Below, piece after piece: positions 26,066 to 40,273 of a stretch of DNA of 64,000 bases (positions are counted from its first letter, which is position 1; each line of letters begins with the position of its first letter). Where the stretch lies: contig CAJFCJ010000009.1 in NCBI GenBank assembly GCA_904063045.1, positions 228,942-292,941 of the forward strand. The letters are read 5' to 3'. The notes under the pieces are model-generated. The model made no database searches and was not told the origin of the DNA. It saw nothing but the letters and a program-made list of their open reading frames with translations. The DNA is from Dimorphilus gyrociliatus (Eukaryota; Animalia; Annelida). A program made the translations under genes and the position numbers.

Positions 26066-26692
26066 ATGGAGCAACTCGTACGTGGCCACGATGATATGGA
26101 TATTTCTCAATCATTTAATATTGAGTTGAGATTCTCTGATGAAGACTCTAGCAAAAGGAAACATATCGTTCTCTCGAGATTGTGCCTTTTAATCTACAAC
26201 GACTCTTCTATGAGCATTCTAGAACGGAAATTATATTTGTACAATGTTCAATCGATTGAAAACTGCGGCTGTTTTGTAAGATTGACTTTTAATGATTGCC
26301 ACCTTCAGCTTCAATTGGAAAATTTCAAATTGAACGAAAACTTATGTAACGATATTCAAAGAGCTATGCTCGTCTGTAAAAAGGAATGGAAACTGCAACA
26401 GGAATTAAGATCTGCCCAATTTAAAATGAACGTTGAAAAAAATATTAAATCTAAATTAATGGCCAATCAAAAGGCGAATGAACCAAATATTCAAACATTC
26501 TTAAAGGCACCTGAAAAAGCTAAAGTTCAAACTTGGCCCTGGAACGCAAAAAAATATCGCCGAAAGGGATACGTTGGTTCCAGATTGCGTCAATTTGACG
26601 AATGTTTTCAAGAGATTAAAGATAAAGTTATTTGGAGTCCACTCGATTGCGGATTTATGGAAGAACACGAGTACGAATATATGTCCTCTTAG
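26066..26692 (+). CDS. Hypothetical protein (208 aa, possible PH-like N-terminal domain)
   Basis: Uninterrupted 627-bp ORF with normal coding composition in a 70% AT background; no family confidently recognised. Confidence 0.6.
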   Translation: MEQLVRGHDDMDISQSFNIELRFSDEDSSKRKHIVLSRLCLLIYNDSSMSILERKLYLYNVQSIENCGCFVRLTFNDCHLQLQLENFKLNENLCNDIQRAMLVCKKEWKLQQELRSAQFKMNVEKNIKSKLMANQKANEPNIQTFLKAPEKAKVQTWPWNAKKYRRKGYVGSRLRQFDECFQEIKDKVIWSPLDCGFMEEHEYEYMSS

Positions 26693-26990
26693 GAAAATAT
26701 CACCTATACTCGGTAACCACCAAATCCAATTATATTCATTCAGGATTAAGTTGATTAAAGCTTTCAAAGCACGCAAATATTAAAAGGAAAAAATCAATGA
26801 GTAGTTATCCAAGAGAACGATTTTGGAGGGCTCGAAAAAAAATTAAAGATTAATTGCAATTCTTTTTGGGATAACCATATAAACTACACCTAACTATAGT
26901 TTGCCTCATCATATTGACAAAAATAATTTGCACATATAGAAAAGAATTTTGTAATAAATTAAATATTGTTGAGGCATTAGAAAAGATAAT

Positions 26991-29131
26991 CTAACTATTC
27001 ACTGATAAATGTTCTTCTTCCGCCGCTGCCTCTGCTTCTCCTTGTTCTTTTTCTTTTACTTCTCCTTCTTCGCTTTCAATTTCTTTTTCTCCGACTGCAA
27101 CATCTGCAATTTCTAATTCTTTTTCAGATTCTACTTCTTCTAGACTGTCCTTAACTTTATCCATATTTTTTTCAGTATCCTCAAATTCTTCTTTTTCTGC
27201 TGTTTCATCTTTTTTCTCGTCAATATCTACTTTACTGTCTAATTCTGAACTTTTATCGCCCTCAAATTCGTTCGAATCGAATGTTTCATTCTCTTTTTTG
27301 TCAATGCCCGTATTAGGTAGTCTCTCCTTTAAAATTTCCAATATTTTACTCATGTTTAAACTGCCTAACATCTGGAATAAATTAATATCATGTTAATTTT
27401 ATGTAATAAATATAATTGACGGATTTATATCTTAATAAAACGTGTGTAAAATAACAAACCAGTCGATTGGCCTGAGTTGTACTTAAACCAAGAATGCTTG
27501 CAGTTGTAGATAGAGGAAAAATTTGTCCGAAACACTTATTAATATATGGAATTAGTTCATCTCTGAATGCCAGACATAATTTTTGGAATCTTTCAATCTC
27601 TAACTCATTCATTGACTGTTCTTCTGCTTTGTAATAGTCGTATATTTCCTTTGAGGCTCTTTCCAAAGAATTTTCCAATTTATCTCGAACTGACATGGCC
27701 AAATTTGTTATACAGCATGGAGCAATGACGTTCAAAGAGGTCAGTAGAGCATTTAAATAGACCGTCAAAGGTTGATAATAAAGAAAGTTCAGAGAGTCTG
27801 GATAGTTTGGATTATATTGTAATGATTGAATAGTAGCCGTTACAGAAGAGGGAGGAGGAAGAATTAAAGTTAGCTTCTGCATATCCATTGTAAATTGTTC
27901 ATCAGCCTTTTTAATAATTTCATTAAATTTATCCAACATCACATCACGAAAGATCTAGATTTAACGAATTATTAGTATATTATCTCCTTTCTTTTCTTAT
28001 TATTCTTTATATAAACTTACTTTAGCAACTAAAGGCCGAAAATCTGATCCGACGCGACTGAAGCTTAAACCAAAATACATACATTGCCCAAGTAATGAAT
28101 CAATTCGATTGAATGCCGAATCTTTAACAACATTAGCTTTCACAATATTTAGAAAGTTGTTTACTCTCAAAATTATCCACTCTTGAATGAGTACAGATTC
28201 ACTAGAATATTTTGATTCGTCGTCTGAAAAGATTGCTCGATACTGAGTGACAATATCGAAAAGATGAACCCTCGACAAATCAATAACTCTATTAAGATAT
28301 ATATAAGAATCATCGTTTGGAATCTGAGATATAACTGAAGAAAACCAACTATCCCTTGCATGAAGATATTTCATTCTTAATTGAATTTCAGTAAAAACAT
28401 CCATTCTTCTTAAGTAACCGATTATTTTCAGGCAACTGGGCAATTGAATATTTGATCTCAACTGCTCAATTAATTGAGTTAACATTAGTTGGGAGCAAAT
28501 TGCGACATCTTTAACTATACTTTCTATTATCGATATTGAGGAAAATTTTTTTTCTAGTCTCCTAACATGAGAAATTAATTCTAAAGCTTCGTCGTAGTAA
28601 CCATTTCGAACACAAGTGTCTAACAATTGAGGTATTTCCAACAACTCTAATAACTGTGTGTGCTTCTGCAATGCTACACTAGCCTTTTTCCTATTAGAAT
28701 TTATTTCCTTAGCATTTTTAGTAAATTCGGAACAAAGGTCGGCCAGTTTTGGAATTTTTTCCAAGACGTTATCAACACTTCGCTCAATTACCTAGTCGGG
28801 TAGGAGGGAAATTTTTATACATTTATCAGTCAACGGCGAAATGGAGTTAATTCATAATTTGATTATTCATTACCTGAAAGTCCTGAAAAATCTCTTTAGA
28901 GCACTCGGCAGTTTCAATGAAAGCACCATAATTCTTAAAGGCCAACTGTTGGGTGTCTGCTAATATTTGAGATTTTTCCTCAGCTAATCTTTCAGGTTCG
29001 CAATTCAATCTATCGATCCCAAAGGAGGAAAGTTCAGAGAGATATTCTTGGAAGTCGGGATTATCTCTCCATGATTCGGGAAAAGAGGTTTTGAAAAGAC
29101 TTGTTAATAGCGTTTCTTCTTCCACGTTCAT
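26991..29131 (-). CDS. COG8: Conserved oligomeric Golgi complex subunit 8
   Basis: [69 protein letters not shown]-like motif ([20 protein letters not shown]); Glu-rich tail. Confidence 0.95.
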
Positions 29132-29973
29132 ACTCGACGAAATATTCCAATAAAAACTGGTAGCGGTATCTTTTTGTAGGAATTTAAAACTCAAAAGAAA
29201 ACTTATCCAACTACTTAAAATTATAAAGATCACCTATATATATATAAGTATAAATGAATAAATAGATACATATACATATGTATTCGATGGTTAGATGTGT
29301 ACAACTTTACGTTATATTTATATATATATATATAAAGACGCCTACTAGTTATAATTAAGTTAGAGCTATTACGACGACAATACATGTATATTTATATATA
29401 ATTTATATATATAATTTAAGTTAATTTCTAATGAATGTATTTTATGTAATCACAAAAATAATGAATTTGGATAACCACAATTCATAGAAGATATGCTTGT
29501 TTTAAATAAATTTCTGGGGTAGGAAGATATGAAGACTGAAGATTATAATTGAATTAAAAGCATTTATGGCACAATCTTAAAAATATTGAAGATATTGCGT
29601 TAAACTAGTCTAATAGTCGGTTCCAAAAACGCTTAGAAGAAATAGAACGCGCTGGTTGCAATGAAAGGGTACTTCCAAATTCTGGACCATTTCTTGTCAT
29701 TTTCTGTTGATAAAAGACAAAAAAAAGTAATTAAATTGTTTAAAGCACATAAAATTTCTTTATTATTAGAAGTTAAAAGTTTTATACATTCTATAGAGAA
29801 ATTTCAGGCAGTCATTTATAAAAACTTTATTCCATATACAGAGTTGGCATTGGAACAAATTTTTTACACAGCACTAAATATAGACACAATTTTTAAAAGT
29901 ATCTGGATTCGCTATATTTCGATATGAGCAATTTTTAAAGATATGCAAATATCTGTCTCACAAACAGTCAAGA

Positions 29974-32900
29974 TCAAGAGGTCAAAACAGGCGAACTGCC
30001 AACTTCGTCTTCAAATACTTCAATAATATCTTCATCGAGAGTTTGGGCTGCCTATAATAGAATAAAGAACGGAATAGTAAAGTATATCGTAAGAAAATCT
30101 GGGGAATGACAACATCCATAGCACGGGAAAAAAAGAACGTTAGATCTAATGCTTATAATAGAAAATAGTAGTTAGAAATCTAACTTCTCGACAAAAAAAA
30201 ATTCAATAAAAAACAACAAGAAAAAAAAAAACCACAAAAATAAAACTACTAAAATTTCTCTCTAATCTCTCTAAGTAGTCTAACAAAACTCTTGACTATC
30301 TAACAAACTCACAGAGAAATAGGGATGCCTACGGGATAGGGAATTAGAACTCTCCTCCAAAACGGAATCAAAACTTTCCTACGAATTTATTCACTCTCAT
30401 AAAAAAGTTATTAAAAGAAAAAAAATAAGTGAAACGTACAGCTAAATCTAGCATACTAGCGCTGCTAGTTCCAGTCCTCATAGGTCTGTCTAACGTCGGT
30501 GTCATTTTTCCTGTAAAAGAGAGAAATAAGAATAAGATTGATTAACAAGAAAATATATATAATTAAAAACGAAATTAATGTAATATATACCGTTAAGAGT
30601 ATCAGTTTTCATTCTCGGGGACATTACATGGCTGACAGAAGCTACAGCTCTTTGTAATTTTCTAGGTGTTCTAGAGAATGAAAAAGCTCTGCTAACTCGT
30701 TTACTTAAGCTCCTATTTAAAGAAATAATAAAGATTTAGACAAATATATATATATATGTATTGTAGTTCAACAACCTAGCGGCTCTGCTCAATGTCCTAT
30801 TATGGGAATCGGGAGTATCTAAATGAAGAAGTGATGCATCAACACCATGAGCCAAGATATTTTCCTAGAAAAGAGAGAGAAAAAAAAGAATAAATGATAA
30901 AATTAATATAAAAATCAATCCTATTAATAGAAGAACAATTACAATTGTTAACTTTTTTGTAAAACTATTTAAAACTATTAGATGAATAGAAAAAAAAAGA
31001 AAAAACAAATTCTAATGTTTTTTTCTTGTTTAATTTAACGATAGATTTTCTTTTTATGTATAGTTGATGAAGTTATTTTTCCAACTAAATACAAAACAAA
31101 AAAAAAGAACATTGACATATAATATTAAATAATATAATAATTAACTTAATATAATTATAATTTTGTCTTACGAATATTTCGGAATTTAACTACTTTTAAT
31201 GATCCACTATCAGTTTTAAATTGTTTAAAATGTCTACCATCTTTTGTGATCATATGACTTAACTGAATAATTTTTTACTTATTAAATGAATTCATTTTTT
31301 GGATTGGGCTATAAAATTATATGTAATACTTACGTAATCTGTAGTACACTGAGTCCTAGAAACTTGCTTGCATAAAACAACTAAAAAGTCCTTCTTTGAT
31401 ATGAGTTCATCATCACCCAAAATAAACGCTATTAAACGCTCTTTTTCACTAGAATCGGTAACTATTAAACCAAACGCGCCACGCATATCAGCATCCTTGA
31501 TATCAACAACTCTTTTTATACCACCTAAATGCAATTCCTTTAGAAACTTATGAGTTTTTCTTTGAGGTGTTGCACCAACTGTAGTTTTTCTTCGTTTAGC
31601 CAATATTAGGATATCATCGAAAAGGAAAAGTGTTAAATTTTGTCCACTTCCGGTAGTTTCGGTCAATTCGCAGACGTTAATTTGCTTTAAGAAATGTCTA
31701 TTCGAGCTCAAACAGGTTGGTGGTAAACCATCGATCTTTTCGTTTAATTCGAATAACTTAAAACGATCATCTATAGTCTTTTTACCTTCATTGACTTTTG
31801 ATGTAACCTGATGAAGCTTTTTGAGAGCATCTTTTAAACATTCATGATCGTCATGAGTTTCTGGCGTATTTGCTAGAAGATTCTCTAGCAACAGCTTCAT
31901 ACTAGGTAACCTTTGAACAGGTCTTATAATTAATTCAGTTATACTCTCTCTTATACCGTCTGATCTAGATTGTAATCGTTTTTGGAACGCGTGAAAGCGT
32001 CCATTCTCCATATCACATTCAGCTATTCTTTTTGCAGTTCTATCTTGATAATTTATAAATGGTGGATAGGCTTTTTCAATGGAAGAAACATTTTGAACAA
32101 TAACTTGACCAATTTTACAATCTTCTTTCCAATTATTAATTAGTTGATTAAACTTTTTCAACATTTCAAAATGAACGTCGTATATAAGTTGTAAGGAGCC
32201 AAAAATATCACGGACATCGTGTTGAGCTAAAATCGCACCGCCTGGTTGGTCTGTGTTTTCTAATTCGTCTTTGACCTGAATTGTTTAAAGAGATATAGAG
32301 CAATTAGTAATATTATGTAATTAAATAAAAACAAAGGTGTCAATTAAATAAAATTTTTGTACAAACCGTTATCATAAAGGCTAAGATATGTACGTAATTC
32401 CTTTCAGTCTCTAACAATTCTATTGCAATTTTTTGACGTTTACTCATATCCTTAGCTATTAAAGGTACTTTAATAACTGGGGTCTTAGACGGTGTATCTG
32501 TCAAACAATGTAGTATTACATAAGATTTTAAAACAATTGCTTCAACTGTTAAGTACAACAATAAAAAGGGATAACAATAAAAGTCTTAGCAGCCTATCAA
32601 TTACTAATCCCTGGGTATAACTGGTTGTTTTTAAATGACTCCAATCTTTCCATTATACTATCAATACACCTTTTTTTCTCTGAAATTGCTCTATAACTAG
32701 TAATGCTTGAAATGCTCATAATTGACATACGATCATAATTCGACCTAACCGATTTCGTCCTTTTTACATTTTTTAAAGGATTAATGTTATCGTTATCCAG
32801 AGTTTTAAAACTCTCCTCCAAAATTGATGGTCTAGGATCTGATTGTAATTCATTACTGGTTGTTGATATAGTACAATCAAATATGTTTGTCTGTTCAAAT

Positions 32901-34761
32901 AGTTCATCGGCAATAGCTTCATTTGTTAATTCGACAAATGACTCTTCTCTTTTTTCATTATCCATAAGAATCGGTATTGTTCTATGGTAACTTTCAATAT
33001 CAAATTTACGTAATATTGTCGTATTCGATTTAACTAAATATATTAATAACTTTTTTTGTCATTAAGTTTGTTGGAATTTCAAAAAAGTAATAACGAATAA
33101 GAGTATTATTAAGAGTACTTACGGACTGGAGATAATTCGTTATCGATAGAGGCATCAAAAATAAGAGAAGAAGAGAAAGATGCTTGATCACCGTTCGATT
33201 TTCTTTTTGGAAGTGGTACGATCTATTCGTAAATCATTTATATTATATAAAAATATTTTATATCGTTCGAAATAACTTACATGTAACGAGCTATCCCGCC
33301 CTCCAGCCGCTAAATGAGCTAAATTCTCTTTTAAAGCTCTCTTTCTTTTCCTAGTTTTTGTTCCAGGAGTAGCTGGACTAGCGCTGGATGTTGACTTCGT
33401 TGCTTCGTACTTATAAAGGTTCTCATCGGCGGTGGCTTCCATTTGTAAACACCCCCAGAACCACTAAACGTAGCATTTAATTTTTAAATTAACGTGTTGT
33501 CATTGTAAGAATTTGAAAATATAAATTATCTTCTATAAACTATCAAAATATAATTACCTCCGCTCTCACTACATGAAGTTGAGGATGCAATTCAAATGGA
33601 AGATCTCTTGTCTCTGGTCCAACGACAAGATGAGTACAAAGAGGAGTTTCCGGATCATCTACAACTCGACCATCTATTGGGAAATAGTATTTTTATTTTT
33701 CCAATAGAAACTAAAGTATATTATTTAACAAATATCTTTACCATTTTGATCAGCTAATTGTTCCATTTCTATTCTTTCTTGACTTGAAATTCCAAAAAAG
33801 CATAAAACGCAAAAAGTAAAAGGTCTAATCTTGTGTGTCATCTAATATTTAAAAATAACACAAATATATATATACATATATATGTAAATAAATATAAAAG
33901 CTTTATAGTAAAATAATTAACGAACCAAAACTGAATCATCAGCAGTTCGAACAATGTCGTTAGCAACGTTCCAACATTCTGAAACCCATCTGGCTGCCAT
34001 TATATTTTTTCCAAAGCATACTGCATGTCTATATTTTTCTCCTCCAGCACTAAATAAATGAAAAGTAATATAGATCGTTAGTTTTAATACATCGAATGTA
34101 ATACTCTTCTTACCAATTAGCAACTAAATGAGTTACTTTCGGGGTGTAATCTCTTCTGATACTACCACCCATATGATGCACTAAATCTGCCAGTCGAGAC
34201 TGATGGGATGTAATCACAGATAAACAAATGATCACTGATATTGTAAAATAAACACGTTACCAATTGTTCTCGATTTTGCTTAAAACCTGTAAAACACAGG
34301 ACAACATTTCGCATAGTACAACAGTACTGTGGCCGGGACGATTCTGGTAAACTCTAAAGTATAAAAATATTTAAAATATACGAAACAGAATAGAAAAATT
34401 TGTACGGTTACCTCATTATACCTGGCACACCTTTTTAAAACAGGCGGTCCATATATTCTAGCTTTAAGTTCTCTTAATTTTGTAAAAATATCGCCGTCAA
34501 AGTTATCCAGCACAAATATAACATTTCTTTTGATATGCTCAAAACCGGTGTCGCTATATACATATTTTATATTTAATATTCTTATACACTCAACCAATTC
34601 TTTATCTTGACGAAGCTTTGTGCCTACTATGACGGCGGTTCGATCGTCGCCTAGATTCAATCAAATGAACAATAGTTAATATATACCATAAATCAGAAAT
34701 GAAATTTGATTAATAATAACTTTAAAAAGTAATAATTTAAAAACGCACCTGAATCTGTCAT
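29974..34761 (-). CDS. ECT2: ECT2/Pebble RhoGEF (BRCT0-1-2, DH, PH)
   Basis: IFVLDNFDGDIF..IYGPP (BRCT0), VTHLI..GGEKYRHA (BRCT1), PFTFCVLCFFG (BRCT2), RQKIAIELLETERNYV, LIIRPVQRLPSMKLLL (DH), LTLFLFDDILILAK (PH), SKRVSRAFSFSRTP. An alternative terminal exon may end at 29605. Confidence 0.95.
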
Positions 34762-35533
34762 ATCGGTGAGCGATAAACGATCGTTTCGTTTGAATTTATA
34801 TAAAGAGCGCTCATTGGTCAACTAAGTTTTTCTTTGAAATAGCTCTATTGACGGTTGGCGCCATCTAGAAAAATGAGTTAAATAGCGTATTAAGAGAATT
34901 GCATAAACTTTAAGAACGAAACTCTGCACTTATACACCTAAAGGAAACTTTAGAAGCAACATTTATTAGTTATAATTAATATTGAGTGCCAGATCACTTT
35001 TTGGCTAGTACTAAAAGTCAAAGGTCAATAACATATTGTAACTCTTTAAATTAATGGCAGCACAAATGCTAAATATACAATACTAAAATACTATAAAAAA
35101 TTGAAAAAAAAAACAGAGTAGGCAAGTTATTTATGGGATTTTTCAGACACTTAATAAGTTAATATGTATATTACATAAAATATACCCATACTATTTTTAA
35201 GTGTTTAGGTACCTCAAATATTTTATTGACAGTATATATCCATAGAAAATTTAAAAGAGCTCTCGGTTGAACTTTCCAAGTTAAAAAAAACTTTGTTTAA
35301 CTGTTTATCAGTTTATAGAATCTTTTACGTCGCCTGGCTCATAGTTCAGGTCAGATAATTTCCAAACAGTTTGTTTGACTAACACGTAACCAAGCGGACA
35401 CGGAAATAGACATCTGCTGGCAGAGTTGGTTGAATACTGTATTATTGTTTTCGGTAGCATTTTCAGTGAGTTTTTATGATATATTTATCATTAAATTGAG
35501 AGGAAAGTGGTAGAAAAAGCACCCTTTATAGTT

Positions 35534-38500
35534 ATGCCACAATCGGAGGATGTGACAACCCTCTTTGAGGGAAAACCTATTCAAGATATCATAGCTATAG
35601 AACAGAGTACTCGTGCGGAAATCGAAAAAAAGAAAGAAAACCTCAGGCAAATGGTTGGAGAAAGATATCGTGATATTATAGATGCAGCAGATACAATTCG
35701 TGATATGAAGAGTAATGCAGAAAAGGTATTTTTGACGATATTGCATGAGATTTCTCAGCTTAACAATGTATAATACTTCTTTCTATTTAGATGGAACTTC
35801 AAATTTCCAAAGTCGATTCTGGTAGCGCTCCATTCCTAGATTCGATAATGGCTTGCTCCTCAATAGAAAATGATTTTGAAATGTGTAAGCAAGTAAAAAT
35901 GTATATGTCAATGTCAGAACACGTAAGAACATTTAAATATTATCAAAGATTAAATTAAGAAAATATTTACTAATGTTTATAGATCTGGGAAGCTCTGAGC
36001 GCAAAAAAATTCTTATTGGCTACACAACTGTATCTTATAACAAAAAATATTCAATCAAATATTCAAAGGAAGTTTCCACATATATTGCAGAATGCTCCAG
36101 TTATTCATTTACAATGGGTTTCATTAATCCATTTCAAAACAACAATTTTAAATGTAACATTTCTTAAAATTGAGTTTAAAGTCTTTAATGTAAATCTTCA
36201 AAATTCTATAGATGTGCAGAAACGTTCTTCAAATGATTGATGTAGATGATGATATAGTTGCCGAAAGCTTGAGTGCTATATTATTTCTTGAAAATTTCAC
36301 TTGTCGTCAAGTACTAAGGGATTTTCTCGTTGGCCGAACGGTAAGGTTGAAAATTACATTATAACCTTATTAATTTTCACATTTTAAATTTAGAACGCAT
36401 TACAAAAAGCTTGTCGAACCGAAACTCAATCCGTAACAATAAAGAGTAAAATATGTAAATTAGTCACTCTAATGTTTAATTCCCTCTATCAAATATATGT
36501 TATATTTGCGAAGGAGAATTATGGTAAGAGTTTTATTTATATTTATAATAATTTTCAATATTATATAATATGATTATTTTCAGAATCTTTCATTTTGCAT
36601 AAGTTGCGTAATAATACACAAAAGGAATATGTCGAAAGGCTATTAGATCAATTTTCATGTAAAGAATATACATATCTTGTCATAAATGGTTTGTTGAAAT
36701 TTTTATTAAAAGTTAATTTATTAGTTTATTAAATAAATAACTAATTGTTCCAGATACATCTTCTAAAGTTGATGATCTTTGCGTTGTTTCGGAGAATGAT
36801 TTAAGGAGTTTATGCGAAGAATGGTTCATAGCGTGAGTACAATTGATAACATGTTTAACATCAAGCCATTAATTAACTAACTCTTATATAAACAGGAGCT
36901 CTAAGCTCATTAAGGAAAATGTTAGCGATTTTCTTATGTATTTAGACTCTATAAAAAGCATGTCTAATATATTGGAAAGTATTTGGGAATTGTTAAAGGA
37001 AGATTCTAGATTTAGTCTTTGGCATACTATATGTAGATCTATTTTGGGTTATGAAATGTGTGTTTGGAAAGATATACTATCGCCTATGTTTCAAAAACGA
37101 ATTGAACAATTAGTTACTAAATCATTTGATGAAATGCTTGAAAAAAACAATGCCTTTTTAGACGATATGCTTCGAAATGTTACAGATATTCAAAGAGACA
37201 TAAATATTCATTCATATGTTTGGCAAGAGCAAGCAGAAGATTTAACATCTGATTGTGCTTGGATGTCATCTTCGGCAAAATCTTTGACAAGTGGTGGTGG
37301 TTTAGTTATGAAAACGAAAGGATATTCACCATCCGTTCAAAGATTTTGTAAATATGTTAATGCTTCAATTAAGTCATTATTAGAGGATATGGAATATTTC
37401 CTGAAAAGAACTTATAATGGTTATAGTGTTGAACTGGAGGATGAGGAAAAGCTGGTGTTTGATAAATATTCCCTAAACGAAAAATTAACAAATTCTCTAT
37501 TAGATTTAACGGAATCTTACCTTAAAAAGTTAATACATATCTCTTTTGTTTTCTAAATACTAAATTAATTTGTTGTTATCTATTTAACAGGTTAATTGAA
37601 GAATTAAGAACTAGAATAAAACGAGAGGACAATAATGAAATTTTAGCTAGAGTGGGTGTTCTGTTAGGAAGAATAGCAGACTCTTTATTGAAATTATGCC
37701 CTTCAATTACACAATGTATATTGAATAGTTCTTATGAAGAGAGTGTAAAATTTCTAAAAAATATAACTAAAATTAAGTCGGAGAAGAATAGTAAATGGTT
37801 TCATTGCGAAAACTTGTTATCACAGTTCTTTGAAGAAACTTTAAGGTATGAATTTTTTATTATTTTTTAGGATAAACTATAGTTGAATGTTTTTAGTCTA
37901 TGGACCGATTATGCAATAATTGATTTAGTTGGTAAGTTTGAGGTACACTTTTCTGGAATTTCACTTTCGTCTTTCATTTATGAATCAACTGTAAGTTAAT
38001 CAACAGATTCCTTTTGATACATAATAAACATGAAATTTGTCTATGATTATTTTTAGAAATGGGATGAGATATTAATAGAAGAGAAGGAAGATGATAATGA
38101 TAAAGCAGTTAGCACCCAAATTAGGATACCAATGACAGCTTCGTGGTACGTTCATGATCTATTGTTTAACGCTCGCTTACTCTTACATACAATCGGAGGA
38201 CATTCAATTCCAAGGTCAGTAAAGCAAAAACCAAAAGATTCCGATTGTAACGAAATTGTGCATTTTTACAGAACTATTATTCAGAAATTTACCAGCACAC
38301 TCTGGAGGAAAGTTTTAGAGAACTATCAACATTATTTAACATCTAGTAAGAGCAGTGAAAGAGTTAATCAATCAGATGGAGCAATTAGACAAGTTATAGC
38401 TTTACAAATGCTTTTCGATGTACAATTTCTTCATTCGTTCTTATGTGCTGATAAAATTTTGGTAAACTAATTTAATTCAATTCAATCAATTTTATATAGT

Positions 38501-38874
38501 ATTAATTACACATTCAGAACGAAGAATACCAAAGTGTATTGCAAGATTTTGAGAAGAGAGTAGATCCATTCGATTTTGCAGTATTTTCTCCCCCAATGTC
38601 TCAACATCTGCAAAGACAATGTCAGAAAAATAAACTCTTTTTTGGTATCTTCACTGGAAAGGATAGTAACCCGACTGATATGAGAAAAACAATGAGTGGA
38701 AACCCCGATCAACACAATCTACTTGCAATAACATCTACAACAACCCGCTTTTCCTTATTTCCAGTAACCTCTAACCGCAGCGTTTCAGAAAGGTTGGAAA
38801 AATCTCAAACAGCTCCTGTACAAGCCCAAGGAGAATCATTTCTTGACAATATTCCATGGTTTAGAAACAACTAG
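35534..38874 (+). CDS. COG1: Conserved oligomeric Golgi complex subunit 1
   Basis: EIEKKKENLRQMVGERYRDIIDAADTI N-terminal motif; QVIALQMLFDVQFL; RVDPFDFAVFSP; multi-exon. Confidence 0.92.
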
Positions 38875-39173
38875 TTAATATTTCTCTGTATAAATGTAAC
38901 AATGGTAAGAGGATATCCTAATAAAATGGTTTTTTTTTTAAAAGCACTTATATTCTCATACTATCCAAACTTTTCAATTTTTAACATTCTACTAAGTTGT
39001 GTTTAGTAGAATAACTATAGTAGCTAAAATATTCAAAAGATTTTATTTCCAAGGTTAATTATATATATAGAAAAATATAGGCTTTTTAAACAACAAAATA
39101 ACGATTTTTTATCTGTAGTTGATAAGTTCGCTTTATAGCATTAAGCGATATTAAATTTTATTTGACCTCCCGC

Positions 39174-39830
39174 TCAATCATCCTCCTTTAAAAATTTATG
39201 ATATTCGTCTTCATTCATAAGTTCTTCAACTTCTTTCGTGTTTGTCATTTCCAACTTAAATAGCCAACCTATTTATAAAGAGAAAAGACTTTAAATTATT
39301 GATAATACGTTGAAGTTAATGATGTTATCATACCATCATCGTAGGGAGATTGATTTATTTTTGTTGGATCGTCTTCAACAGCTGAATTCTTGGCAAAAAC
39401 TTTTCCAGACAAGGGACAGATAATATCTGAAGCAGCTTTAACGCTTTCTAATGCTCCGCATTCTTCTCCCAGCGAAAATTCTGAACTAACATCTGGTAAT
39501 TGAACAAAAACAATTTCTCCCAAATTTGTCTGAGCATGATCACTGATGCCAACAGTGGCTTCTCCTCCATCAACAGTCACCCATTCGTGATCTTTCGTAA
39601 AATATCTATCTGAAGAGATATTAAAGAGTTTTTAATTTAATAAAACTGTAAGATCAAGGACAACTTGGAAAACGGTATTTTAAGAACTTACCATTTGCTA
39701 ATTTTGTTGCACTTAAAGTGTATGAGCGCAATAAGACTTTGCTCTGGGGTATCAATGGTCTGCACTTAGCATAGCTAACTAATTTTGGAGCAAAAACTCT
39801 GGTCAACTTCGCTACCGCGGTCGTCGCCAT
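39174..39830 (-). CDS. GCSH: Glycine cleavage system H protein, mitochondrial
   Basis: Transit peptide plus RYFTKDHEWV, TVGISDHAQ, lipoyl-Lys motif ESVKAASD, INQSPYDDGWLFKL; 3 exons. Confidence 0.96.
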
Positions 39831-40273
39831 AACACCGGATGTGGAAATAACGATATAAGGGCGGAACGGAGAAAAGGACTGGTTATATTTTGACAAATAC
39901 TGGTTTTTACCCGTCAATAATTTACAATTTTAAAAGTTTACTACAATTTCTATCGGATTATTCATTTATTAAAAATTTTGAAGCGGCCCTTTGATAAATA
40001 CGATCACCTGTTTACTATTCCGGAAATGATAAAAGCGGGAAAACATTTGACTATTAAACCCTATAATTCTAGTTTCAAATTATGGCAAGGCTTAATCACT
40101 AGATATGATAAAAGATAAAACGTAAATGAAAAATATAAGCAATAAAAAAATAAATATTAAACAGTTTGATACTTATAAACTTCTTAACTAAACAAGGTAA
40201 GCTCCATCTATGAAAGGTATGGTAAAACTAAGAGAAAAGAACTCTCTCACAGGCACAGATTAATCATCAAGAA

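Noticed and set aside
26991-27371. Glu-rich C-terminal tail of COG8
   Set aside because: Low-complexity tails are common in COG8 orthologs; no specific signal.
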